Of a stretch of 64,000 nucleotides of DNA, positions 51,257-63,813 are shown one piece after another. Source of the stretch: Octopus vulgaris (lineage: Eukaryota). Below the pieces are notes generated by a model. It saw only the letters and a list, made by a program, of their open reading frames with translations, searched no databases and was not told where the DNA came from. Location of the stretch: assembly GCA_951406725.2 (NCBI GenBank), contig OX597824.1, forward strand, positions 54,808,001 through 54,872,000. The letters are read 5' to 3'. Every line of letters starts with the position of its first letter. The first letter of the stretch is position 1. A program made the translations under genes and the position numbers.

Positions 51257-52543
51257 GTAAGTTTTTTTTTGTTGATCTAGTTTAATTTTAAAATACCACC
51301 CTACAATAACTAGAATTATGACTTTGCTACACACTTCTATCTATAAATATGCCAAACATTATTCTTTTAATGCATATGTTTGATGTACATTAAAATGAAA
51401 ATATGTCATACATTATTAAATTTAGTTGACTGTAACCTTGTTCAAAAAATGTACTAAGAAAGTAATCTCTTTCTATTAACTACCATTTTGTTTTCATACT
51501 TTAATTTTTATCTTTTAATTTTCTCTTTACATATATATCTACATACACACTCTCACCTATTGATTTTAACTATATAATAGTTATTTTTTAATATTTTATT
51601 GAATTTGCAATTTGGCAAGTGTTATTGAGCCTAATTTTATCATTTTGAAACTATTTTGTTTGATTAAAAGAAGCAAAATGGTTGTGGAATTATGGTTTTG
51701 AGTTTACTGACCATGTCCAAAATCCTTATAGCATTGTGTTGTGCTTCTCTCTTGCCTAACAATGGATTCTATTCTCATTCCATGAATGAATGGTTTGTGT
51801 TAAAGACATATGGCAATAAAGCCAAAATATCTGAATTTACAAAGGTATCCTGGACTATGATTGATTCTTATAATTAAATTGGAAGAGATAAGTTTTGATC
51901 TAATTTGACTTAACCTTCTTAGTCATTTAGAGACCACATTCTAAAATCTGCAACTAAATGCATTTTCTAAACCATCCAAACTAAGATTTTAAACATTAAG
52001 GTGCTAGTTTAACTCGAATGTCATGATTCATGCCCTGTCACCTTACTGATTTACTCTGAATCATCTTTACATTAACACCTTAAAGTAGTAACGATGGTCA
52101 AGATAGATGAATGCAAAACTAAAAATGTTAATGTCCTTCTTCTGAGATAAAATCCTATTAGGCTCGACTATCTTGTAGACAACAAAATAAAAATACAAGT
52201 AATATATTATTCATTTCTATTTGTTTTATCTTTCCCCTAAAATCAAATTGGTTTAATGCATAGTTAAAAGTAGCCATTAGTAAATATATCCTGCTTTAAA
52301 GCATTTATTCCGATGATTTAGTAGAAGCAACATTGAATGATAATATGTAAAATTATTTATAATGAAAAAATCTTTAATTAACGTGCAAATGGGAACTAAC
52401 ATAAATGATTGCTTTTAAACTTCCTTTTCAATCTTCAAAATTTGTAATAGGGTTTAATATTAATTTTGAAAATATCTGTTTTGATTTTATCTGTTTCATT
52501 TGAATCCTTATTGAAAGATATTCTAATGTATTTTAATTTTCAG

Positions 52544-52714
52544 AAATTTAAAATTCGAATAGAAGACCCACCTCGCAGAAAGCATATGGTATTTTTAGGT
52601 GGTGCTGTCTTAGCAGATATTATGAAAGATAAAGATTCTTTTTGGATGACTAAAGAAGAATACATGGAAAAAGGCCTAAGGGTTCTTGAAAAACTTGGTA
52701 TCAATTCCAAATAG
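52544..52714 (+). CDS. ACTR2: Arp2 last coding exon ([24 protein letters not shown]...LEKLGINSK*)
   Basis: AG acceptor; 171 bp to TAG; Arp2 C-terminal peptide. Confidence 0.97.
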   Translation, partial: KFKIRIEDPPRRKHMVFLGGAVLADIMKDKDSFWMTKEEYMEKGLRVLEKLGINSK

Positions 52715-53997
52715 TTTTAAATAATTTCTAGGTACACAATACACATATACTGAGAATATTATGCATGCGTGTGCACGCACACACACACACACACTGACTT
52801 ACATTGTAATCTTTTGAAGTATTTGATAATGCATAGTGTTGTGTACCTGTAATATAAATGAAAAAGATGCACATGATTATGAACTACAATGTCAACTAAA
52901 GTTGTTGGTCAGTCTAGTCTTCCACTGCCATTTAATTTATCAGTATCCTTTTAGGCTCTACTGATTTTAATCTATCTCTTGTGGGATTAGATTTTTTTAT
53001 TTTTTGGAGCTTTATTCTTAACTAACTTAATCAGATATTTTATTTTTACCTGGTAAAGTTAACTATGTATTGTAATATCCAATTCTCAATTGAGAATTTC
53101 TAGCTTAAATTTTTTTTTTTTTTTTTAAAGCCTTGCCTTTAATTTTCACAGCAAAACTCTACTTATCTCAAAACAGCTTTTTGCCTGAGTATCTAACAAT
53201 GGCAGGAAAGTATTTCTGAAAAGTTATTACCCAACAATATTTGAGTGAGTCCTGTCATATGTTGTATAAATTTATCCCTTGTAATGCATGATTATCAGAT
53301 TGTTTTGATTTTAATATGCCATTATACTGATTGTATATCATACAAGTGATATAGTGTATTGAGAAAGTATACTTTAGACATGGATAGTATCATGATGTTG
53401 GCATACCATATGAGTATTATGATGAGAAAATTAGCTGTAGTCTTTGAAGGAAGTAAAATGAATGCTTCACAGCTATATATGATATAAAGGGTATAGCATT
53501 AATTGTTTGCAAATCATGTTATGTGGATTGCATCATAGAAACTGTATAATACTGTTCATATAGTATAAGGATTACTATATACTATACACTCACTATATAA
53601 TAAAGATTATGATAGAATAATTCTATGGACCATATTGCATATTAGTTTAATGAACTTTTACTATATGCTGGATATAACGATGCTTGTTTAATTGAAAGCC
53701 ATTTTTTAAAATCAAGGCTTTTCGTTTTCATATTTTTTATATCAAAAGTTAATCTACATAAAAAGAATGTTCTTAAATGTTAGATAAAAGTTTAATGTTG
53801 ACAGATTTTTTAATAATTGATATCAAAATAATGTGATTGTACATCTGCTGGCTGATATTCTGACAGCCAGCATTTATCTTTGAGATCGCTTCAACTACAC
53901 ATATTTTCAAAGCTTTTTATTTTCTTCTGTTTAATCTATTCAAATATAATTACCACCAAGTTTACGTACAACTAAACAATATGAGACTGTCGTTATC

Positions 53998-54119
53998 AAT
54001 AAAACAGTCTAAATTATGACATATTGGATGACTAATTCATTTAGCTAAAGAAAGGTCTTTTTTATATTTTAAGCAATTTGTATTGTACTTTAAATGCCTT
54101 GTTATTGGAAGACATTAAA
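53998..54119 (+). promoter_or_regulatory. Candidate Arp2 polyadenylation signals (AATAAA 53998, ATTAAA 54114)
   Basis: Hexamers at the end of a repeat-free ~1.4-kb AT-rich region, with T/GT-rich sequence downstream. Weak evidence in AT-rich DNA. Confidence 0.35.
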
Positions 54120-54422
54120 ACATATTTGTAGAATTTCTTTTACAAGTTATTGTGTTCACTTTTACAAATGTTTTACATAACTCCAAGCATGCACAAGTAG
54201 GTAAACAAATAAAAGATAGTAGCTCTCATCATGTGTAGTTGGAGTTGCATTTAATAATATGCTTGCTCAGCTTCATGTTACTCAGTTTTGCAGATGCTGA
54301 CATGTGTTTACATTTTCAGTTGCTCAAAGTTACACACTGATTCCCTATGACTGAAGATGTAAGATGTATATCTGCACATAAAAAACTTAGAGTAATGTGG
54401 TCCCGAATCTTGTTTATATATA

Positions 54423-56768
54423 CAGGCATATCTCGACTTAAGTCGTTCTTGATTATTTGTCAGTTTTCAAAAATAATATCTGGAAAAATAAAAATCAAGT
54501 CAAGTCATTTTACTCAGCATTATGTCCGCCACAAATATTGGAATCGTAAAATCACTAGAAAACCATTAAAAGCACATAAAGTCATGTTACTGTATAAAAT
54601 ATGTACAGTAAATGTTAAGATAGTAGCTTAGTGAAAAAAAAAGGGAATCAGCTGTCATATTTATCGGTCTTTCAGAACTCCTGTTGCACTGTAGTTCTAC
54701 TAACTACCACTAGATGTCATTGCCACTCATGATTCTCGCAATTGTTTTGAATTCAGACTTGTTTGTATTTGTTTGTCAGCTACTTTTTCATTCTCATTAA
54801 TTTGTGACTTTATTTTTTGCCCCCTTGGCTCCTAAGAAAATTCATAGTGAAAGTGCTGAGCATCACGCTGGAAGATAAATTGGCTATAATAAAATGCTGT
54901 GAAAAAGTGGTAGCAATTGCTCGATCTTTTGGGATGAGTTGGACAACTGTATCAATGATAGTACATAATAAGGACAAAATTTTAGCACATAGCAAATCTG
55001 AAGCCCCAGGGATGAAGAACACTGTCATCAATAAGAAAAGAGGCAAAATCTTTGAAGAAATGGGAAGTCTTCTTTCTCTTCAGATTGTTAGGTTGAATCA
55101 TCAGCGTGCTACTATTAGTCAAGAAATCATTCAAGAGAAAGCATTGTCTTTGTTTGAGGACCTGAAGAAAAAATATCTAGATGAGAAGTCAAAGATGGTT
55201 CGTGAGATTTAAGGAGTGAAGAATTTATCACTCCATTAAGAAGCAAGGTGAAAATGTATCAGCTGACGAACAAGCAGCAGTGGAATTTCCTAATGCATTA
55301 AGGAAAATCATTTAAGAAAACAGGTTTCTTCCCAAACAGATTTTTAATGTAGTCAAAACTAGATTGTATTGGAAAAAATTGCCAAACCATTCATTCATTT
55401 CCAAGGAGGAGAAAACTATTCCAGGTTATAAGGTCTCAAAAAGAATGTGTGACCATTATGTTGGGAGATAATTGTGCATAAGATTTTAAGTTAAAGCCAT
55501 TGCTTGTGTATCATGCGCAAGCCTGTGCCCTGAAGAACATACCCAAGGCATCTCTTCTTGTTATATGGATGGCTAATTCAAAAGCATGGGTTACTGTTGC
55601 TGTTTTTCAAGATTGATTCTTCAATCATTTTATCCCAGTAGCAGAGAAGTATTGTAAAGAGAGGGAGATTCTTTGAAGGTTTTACTTATCTTAGATAATG
55701 CTCCTGGCCACCTGCACAACATCGTAGATTTTGACCCCAATGTTACCATCGTATACCTCCCTCTGAACACCATGTCTCTTCTGCAGCCAATGGATCAGGG
55801 AATAATTGATATCTTCAAGCATTACTATATGAAGCGTATGCTGCAGCAAGCAATAGCTGCAATTGATCTTGATGAGTCCATCACACTTTGTGACTTTTGA
55901 AAGAGGTATGGAATGTTGTACAGAGCATGGCTATGAATGGTGTATGGAAGAAGTTATGCCCACAATTCTTGAATGATTTTAAGGGGTTTGATAATGTTGC
56001 CATCAACAAAATGGTGGTGGCTATGAGCAAAGAACTGGAAATGGATTTAGAAGAGAAGGTTTTCACAGATGTATTTGAAAGACAAGTAGCCCCTGACAAA
56101 CAAGGATTTGATACAGTTTCATGAGCAGTAAAATAAAGATATAAGAAAATGCAGCAAGCATTTGCATATATCAAAAATGATCTTTCTATGTTTCTATACG
56201 GATCCAAATGCTCAATGCTTTTCCAAGATTATGAGGGCTTGCAACGAAGTTTTTACTCCTTATAATGTAATCCTTGAGGAAAAGAAGACAGCTTAAGGAA
56301 CTCTCAATTGGGTTTTTAAGCACATCAAACAACAAGAACATCCAGAGTCAGCTGTTGATGCTGACAAAATACAGCCATCTACATCCGCGATGTAAATCAC
56401 CAATATCTACATATTGGTTATTTGAAAATAATTTAGTTTTTTTTACTATTCCAAAATAATAATAATTGCTGAATTTGTTTTTTACGCAAACTGCATTCAT
56501 AAATAAAGCATCCACGATGTACGGTAAACACTGCCAAAATGTATTCGTAAATTTAGATTACTTGTTTTTTTACTGTACTGTATTAAAAAATAAAAATTAT
56601 TTGTTTGTAAGCTTAAAATAGGTTTTTATTAATGATATATTATTGAAAATGCATTCATAAATAAAGTACAGCACTGGGAATGGTTATTATCAGTTTAACC
56701 TAGAGACAAGTAAATTCAGCCTGGCCTAGCCTATAGACAAGGTAATTTGACTTAAGACATGTCTCCTG
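54423..56768 (+). mobile_element. Decayed Tigger/pogo DNA transposon
   Basis: psq-HTH and CENP-B-HTH-like ORF 54817-55212; DDE_1 motifs LLILDNAPGH and LLQPMDQGII (55673 ORF); TA|caggcatatctcgacttaag left end with a decayed right counterpart. Confidence 0.85.
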
Positions 56769-56851
56769 GAACCAATTAATGATGTAGGGTAAGTTATGCT
56801 TGTGTGTATATATATATATATATATTTGTATATATATATATTTGTATATAT

Positions 56852-57110
56852 ATCATCAATGTCGTTTAACATCCGCTTTCCATGCTGGCATGGATTGGAT
56901 GGTTTGACTGAGAACTGACAAGCCGGGAGGCTGCACCAAGCTCTAATCTGATTTGGCAAGGTTTCTACAATTTGTTGCCCTTCCTAACGCCAACCACTCC
57001 AAGTGTATAGTAGATGCTTTTACGTGCCACCAACACAGCCAGTCAGACAGCACTGGCATTGACCATGCTTGAATGCTGCTTTTTACAAGTGCCTAGAACA
57101 GGTGCCAGTC
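56852..57110 (-). mobile_element. Old RTE 3' tail copy
   Basis: cgtttaacatccgctttccatgctggcatgg...gcccttcctaacgccaaccactcc. Confidence 0.8.
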
Positions 57111-57206
57111 ATGTATGTATATGTATGTATTGCCCATGCTAGCATGGAAGGCAGACGTTAAACAATGAGGATTATGTGTATATATATATATATATACACA
57201 CACATA

Positions 57207-57604
57207 GGTGCAAGAGTGGTTGTGTGGTAAGAAGCTCACTTTCCAACCACATGGTTCTATGCTCAGTACCACTGCATGGCACCTTGGGGCAAGTGCCCTC
57301 TGCTATAGCCTCAGGCCTACCAAAGCCTTGTGAGTGGATTTTGGTAGACAGAAACTGAAAATACTATTGTATGTGTGTGTGTATGTATGTATTTATGTGT
57401 CTGTGTTTGTCCCACCACCATTGCTTGACAACTGATGTTGGTGTGTTTACATTCCCATAGCTTAGCAGTTCAGCAAAAGAGACCATTAGAATAAGTACTA
57501 GGCTTACAAACAATAAGTCCTGGAGTCGTTTGTTTGACTAAAGGTGGTGCTCTAACATGGCCACAGTCAAATGACTGAAACAAGTAAAACGATAAAAGAA
57601 AAGA
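57207..57604 (+). mobile_element. tRNA-derived SINE with a CR1-derived 3' tail
   Basis: 5' box A-like tggttgtgtgg and a decayed box B, internal (TG)n, and 3' ggtggtgctctaacatggccacagtcaaatgactgaaacaagtaaaa matching the LINE end at 5505-5563. Confidence 0.8.
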
Positions 57605-57616
57605 TATGTATGTATA

Positions 57617-59280
57617 TCTTAATATATAAAGCAGAGTTTGTGTGTGTGTGTGTTCCTTACACATTTGAAAACTTAGTTGCTGATTTTTGACGTATAAGGT
57701 ATCAAAAGATTCAGTAATCTTTTGGCTGCCAAATAAACATTTTCAGTATGTGTGTGAATATACATACATTTTTATGATGACTGACACCTACACATCTAAA
57801 GAGGGAGATACGTAGAAGGACAGAGATATGCCTGAGGTGTGCATGAATGTATGTATGTATGTCTGTCTGTCTTAGTATGTGTATGTCAGACAGTATGTGT
57901 GTGCAACTGTGATAATTTTTATATGTTAGGCCTCAGACATCTACATATCAACTGAAATTCATGTGTATACATTTTGCTGTCTTCAATATTATCAATTCTA
58001 TGAGTGTGTGTGTGTTTCCGTGTTCGTTATGTCAATAGTAAAGGACATTTTACACCGTTTTAATTAGCCCACATCTTATGATGTAACCATCCATAGATAG
58101 ATGATCCCCCATGAAAATTGTGATATTTTCATTCATGCTCAAGATAATGAACATAAATGTGTTTCAGAAACTCCTCCCTCTTGTGATACTCTCCAGTATC
58201 CTCTTTTCTTGAATGGACAAAATGGGTATCATTTCAATATTTCACAGATTGAACATGCAGCTGGAGAGTCGATTAAAAACGATCAAATCAATTACACATG
58301 TATCATGATCTATTCCGTAACAATTAAAAAAAAGTTAAGGGCTAACAATTATGTTCATCTCAAAAATGCTCTGAGGAAAGATGGTGATATTCAAAACATG
58401 AGGCAACTTATAATCCTCCCGCCATCATTCATAGGTGGTCGTTGATATATGCATGAACAAACACAAGATGCTATATGTCAGGACATATGGAAAACCAGAT
58501 CTTTTTGCCACTTTCACCTGCAATCCTAAATGGGAGAAAATAAGATCTAAGCTTCTTCCAGTGTTGCATCTCTTGTATTGTAGCCACACCCTCATTGAGG
58601 AGGGTGGCTGCAATGCAAGCTCCGTTTAAACCTTGCAATGAAAGAATCTCAAATGTCCAACATTTCCCAAAACTATGCACTGGCAACAGTTCTCCAACAA
58701 ACTTGCCTCACTGTTTGGGATGAGTGCACTGTCATATGATAGAGCTCCAGAGGTACTTGACCATACCTTTCAATACATAAAAAAAAACAATAACAATTCT
58801 TCTTGCAGGAAATGTTCATCAAATGTTGCCAGTTATCCTCAGAGGATCAAATGCTAATGCTTCAAAAATTTGTACCTTTGGAGACATGTGAAAACACTTC
58901 ACCATGCAAGCAACATCAAGGTGATCATATGCTCATATGATCACCTTAGGACTGGTAATGGGATATTAACATTCGGCTACGGAAAATTACATACGATCAA
59001 ATGATACGTTCTCTTAGGGATCTTATGGATAAAGTATTTCCTAATTTATTTGTCAATAGCTCCAACTAATGAAATGGTCGATAAATTCAATCAGGAATGT
59101 CTTCTAAAGTTAACAGATACATCAGAAATGACTTTTCAATCAATTGTCAACAGTTGATTAAGATCAGGTTGTTCAATACCCTGTTAAATTTTTGAACACA
59201 CCCACTAGAAAGCTAACTCATAACTTCACACTAAAAGTAGTTGCTCCCATTATGTTGCTTAGGAATCTTGACCTATCACA
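57617..59280 (+). mobile_element. Decayed, internally deleted Helitron (Rep and PIF1 helicase remnants)
   Basis: A|TC start; IILPPSFIGGR*YM and VRTYGKPDLFATFTCNPKW (Rep); LKVVAPIMLLRNLD at about 59231-59272 (helicase). Confidence 0.8.
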
Positions 59281-59719
59281 CCCTTAAAAAGCCACTAAGT
59301 ACTAAACAAACAAGTTACCTTCCCCTGCTCAAAAAATTTTCTGTCTTTCTTCCTTACTTGGCAAACCCTAAAAAATTATTTCTAAAAAGGCTAAGAAATC
59401 TAAATTTTAACCATTTTTAGATAACTCAGATAACAAAAGAAAGCACTAAAAATGTAAATAAGTAAAAAAATATATATAATCATCCTACAGTCTGACTACC
59501 TTATTATACAATATCGGCACATCACTTCAAAAACTCTCTCTATATGTATGTACATATACTTATGGTTTTAAGAGTCTAAAACCATCCCTGGAACATAAGT
59601 AATGTATGTTCCCAGTTTGCAGAAAATCAGTTGAAAAATACAGCCATTATAATCTTTTACACTCACACACAGAATGGGATTTTAGATATATATATATATT
59701 CATGTACATATATATATAT

Positions 59720-61525
59720 ATGATGATGATATAAACAAATAAGACAGAAAATGGACAAATGAGAATTTATTATTAATCACGACAATTGTTTCAACACATC
59801 TGGTATCAATTCCTCTTGTGGGACACTCAACAACTGGTTTAGGAGCATCTGGTGTTGCAGATGTATCTTGGGTGATAAATGAATAAAAACAACTCATTAA
59901 AATGACTGTTCCACAATGTAACTTTCTGATAGAGAGAAAAACAGCCAGACAGAGACAAAATCTTCATATATATATACAAGAAAAAATAAAATTGCAGAAG
60001 ATAAAAAGAGAAACGAACACGTAATCCAGTGAGAAAAGTATTGAAAATAACTGTTAACATATGGATGTATAAATGCTTTCGGGCAAGCTGCATGGCACAA
60101 ATACACGCTCATACAAGCATCAGCAAAAATGTGAGCATACGCATACACAAGATTTGGTGCACTCACGATTACAAAGCAAGTTAGTTATTCATTTGGTGTT
60201 TAGAAGAATGGGGAGGTTAAAAGTAAACTTAAGTCATCCATACCTTAAAGTAAATTAAATTACATTAAGTTAACGGTTACTCAAAATTCATTCTCACCGC
60301 ATTGTGCAAAAATACATTTATATGCGTGTAGGCATCTCAATAGTCATTCAGAAATTCTATTAAGTATCTTCTTGTTAGTCCACAGAATAGACAGGGATTC
60401 CTGGAAATTACATTGTACGGTTTTGCATGCCTAACTATGGATCAATTAATGTTGTACTTCGCTTTACCCTCCTTCAGTTGCCATATAAAATCTGCCAAAG
60501 ATGTTGAATGTCTCTTATTGATTGACTTAAAGCTGGCAACATGATTACAATAACGATTCTTAAATGAATCAGCCATCTAGCCAATGTAAACATAGGGCCC
60601 TCCCCTTGTGTGCATGCTGCAAGATTTGTACTCATACATAGATTCATCAAGGGGCATTTTGATTTATCTCTGCATGAGCATTTATCATAATTATTTGTAT
60701 ATAAGGGAGTCCTGACTCCATTTACCAACATTGTTATCATGCTAGCTGTACCATGAGTATTTCTACTACTACAAACTGGTCAAAGTTGATGATTATCAAT
60801 GCGGTTTACATCTCCTTGGTTGGCATTTAGATGCAAATGTTTGCTAGATCCAGTAGATGGGTTATTGAACCATTGCCACATTTTGCTATTGTTTATGCAA
60901 TGCATAAGCTGCTCTAAATTAGCAGAGTTGGGATAGGATACCTTCACAGTGTATCAATTAAAAATAGCATGATACCAATTAGATTTAGGAAAACACTTGT
61001 CCAGAGCAGCAAAAAATTTTCCAGTGATCCTGGTTGAAACATGCAAGCTGAAAATTGGATTGAACTAGAGGACATCCTGATTCCTATATCTGTTGTTAGG
61101 TTTATTTGATTGAGTGTGTTGGAACAAGCAGTTAAATTACTAAGTCACATGTGTCTATGAGTTTTCTTTAGTAGTTCCTTGACATGACCAATTCTTTCTG
61201 GCCTGTATTCTTTATCCGAGTGATTTCTCAAGCAGTAACGTTGTGGTGATATACGATGTTCATCACAGTTGTAGGAAGTACCAGTGTTGCTTATGCCTGC
61301 ATCTTGTATATATTGAATTTTATCATGGGACCCAACCTTAGCTAGAGAATCATTATAGTAAGATGCATGAAATTCGAAAATTTTAGTGTTAGCAGATAAT
61401 CTAGAGATTCTAGAAGTATTCTTCACTAGTCACTGTATAATCGAGGGTGGATGGTTGGATGCTATGTTAATGTACTTAATATGATCATCTGGTTTATGAA
61501 ATGGTTCAAATAATCAAGTATCAAG
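59720..61525 (-). mobile_element. Decayed Penelope-like element (RT thumb, linker and GIY-YIG remnants)
   Basis: YINIASNHPPSII, SRISRLS..IFE..YYNDSL, CSCRDKSKCPL..LC fragments with multiple stops. Confidence 0.8.
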
Positions 61526-61558
61526 ACATATATATATATATGTACACACACATACACC

Positions 61559-61623
<65 letters not shown>

Positions 61624-61818
61624 AATTTTATTTTAACTTAATTACATTAAGTAAATTAAATTACATTAAGTTAACGGTTACTCAAAATGTAATTTAATGT
61701 AATTTAATTTTAAGAACATATATATATGTTCTTAAAATTTAAATCCACATCTTTGTCTACCTTCTCTATAATGTTGCCACTTCATATGAAAATTTTTGTA
61801 TTAATGGAAAACCTCTAT

Positions 61819-61909
61819 AATTGGCTGATGAGTACTCAGCATTTTAAAACTGATGTAATACTTACAACATTTAATAAAATGATGTAGTACGAAACGATCG
61901 TACCAAATT
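61819..61909 (+). ncRNA. Type I hammerhead ribozyme (Penelope pLTR-like)
   Basis: aattgg CTGATGA gtact...agtac GAAA cgatcg TA ccaaatt: perfect core, palindromic stem III, GUA site with cut after 61902. Confidence 0.8.
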
Positions 61910-62041
61910 ACGAGTCATTCTTGTTGCTTATTTTGATTATATATATATATATATATATAATCAAAATAAGCAACAAGAATGAGTCCAGTAATTTGGTACG
62001 ATCGTTTCGTACTACATCATTTTATTAAATGTTGTAAGTAT
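61858..62041. repeat. Long inverted repeat (~80-bp arms around a (TA)n centre)
   Basis: 61858-61938 is the near-perfect reverse complement of about 61959-62041. Confidence 0.92.
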
Positions 62042-62088
62042 ACGTAGATTCATCAAGGGGCATATATATATATATATATATATATATG

Positions 62089-62124
<36 letters not shown>

Positions 62125-62242
62125 AATCAAGGAACGGCCATAATAGGCCATTCACCCACTAGAAATAACAGCCAAAGCTTTAACCGCAAAATAACATTAA
62201 TTCCGTAAACCAGGAGAAAATTAAAAAAACATTTACCCTGTA

Positions 62243-62349
62243 ATTTCTTATACGATGCACCGTTTCATCTACTGTTTAATGGTAAACTAACCTGATTAAA
62301 TTAAATCAAGCCAATCTTCCATAGGCCCTTAGATTCCTCAGTAAGAAAT
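62243..62349 (-). ncRNA. Type I hammerhead ribozyme, copy 1
   Basis: - strand: atttctta CTGAGGA atcta..(58 nt)..tagat GAAA cggtgcatcg TA taagaaat; cut between 62251 and 62250. Confidence 0.88.
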
Positions 62350-62728
62350 AGCCAGAACGGAACAGATATTTTCACGAGGCATTTCCGTCCCTGCCTCGGC
62401 AATATCTGACCTAAAATTTTCAAATCATCGCACGCACCAAATTTATCGGCAGCAAATAAATATAAGCCGCCGATTCCATTACGGAATCAACCAGAAAATT
62501 CATAATTAATCAATATAGGGTGGCAAAAAATTTTGTAGAATTTTTTTGCCACCAGCGGCCTAGTGGGAAAAAATTAAATAGTCATAGACCATTTATAAGT
62601 TCAACATCACAATCAAGGAACGGCCAAAATAGGCCATTCACCCACTAGAAATAACAGCCAAAGCTTTAACCGCAAAATAACATTAATTCCGTAAACCAGG
62701 AGAAAATTAAAAAAACATTTACCCTGTA

Positions 62729-62835
62729 ATTTCTTATACGATGCACCGTTTCATCTACTGTTTAATGGTAAACTAACCTGATTAAATTAAATCAAGCCAA
62801 TCTTCCATAGGCCCTTAGATTCCTCAGTAAGAAAT
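62729..62835 (-). ncRNA. Type I hammerhead ribozyme, copy 2
   Basis: Identical to copy 1 by eye. Confidence 0.88.
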
Positions 62836-63216
62836 AGCCAGAACGGAACAGATATTTTCACGAGGCATTTCCGTCCCTGCCTCGGCAATATCTGACCTAA
62901 AATTTTCAAATCATCGCACGCACCAAATTTATCGGCAGCAAATAAATATAAGCCGCCGATTCCATTACGGAATCAACCAGAAAATTCATAATTAATCAAT
63001 ATAGGGTGGCAAAAAAAATTTTGTAGAATTTTTTTGCCACCAGCGGCCTAGTGGGAAAAAATTAAATAGTCATAGACCATTTATAAGTTCAACATCACAA
63101 TCAAGGAACGGCCAAAATAGGCCATTCACCCACTAGAAATAACAGCCAAAGCTTTAACCGCAAAATAACATTAATTCCGTAAACCAGGAGAAAATTAAAA
63201 AAACATTTACCCTGTA

Positions 63217-63323
63217 ATTTCTTATACGATGCACCGTTTCATCTACTGTTTAATGGTAAACTAACCTGATTAAATTAAATCAAGCCAATCTTCCATAGGC
63301 CCTTAGATTCCTCAGTAAGAAAT
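63217..63323 (-). ncRNA. Type I hammerhead ribozyme, copy 3
   Basis: Identical to copy 1 by eye. Confidence 0.88.
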
Positions 63324-63706
63324 AGCCAGAACGGAACAGATATTTTCACGAGGCATTTCCGTCCCTGCCTCGGCAATATCTGACCTAAAATTTTCAAATC
63401 ATCGCACTCGCGCCAAATTTATCGGCAGCAAATAAATATAAGCCGCCGATTCCATTACGGAATCAACCAGAAAATTCATAATTAATCAATATAGGGTGGC
63501 AAAAAAAATTTTGTAGAATTTTTTTGCCACCAGCGGCCTAGTGGGAAAAAATTAAATAGTCATAGACCATTTATAAGTTCAACATCACAATCAAGGAACG
63601 GCCATAATAGGCCATTCACCCACTAGAAATAACAGCCAAAGCTTTAACCGCAAAATAACATTAATTCCGTAAACCAGGAGAAAATTAAAAAAACATTTAC
63701 CCTGTA

Positions 63707-63813
63707 ATTTCTTATACGATGCACCGTTTCATCTACTGTTTAATGGTAAACTAACCTGATTAAATTAAATCAAGCCAATCTTCCATAGGCCCTTAGATTC
63801 CTCAGTAAGAAAT
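63707..63813 (-). ncRNA. Type I hammerhead ribozyme, copy 4
   Basis: Identical to copy 1 by eye. Confidence 0.88.

Noticed and set aside
59776-59876. Hammerhead remnant in the Penelope 3' region (- strand atcac..GAAAcaattgTC gtgat)
   Set aside because: The CUGANGA core is destroyed (ccaagat); treated as a decayed relic.
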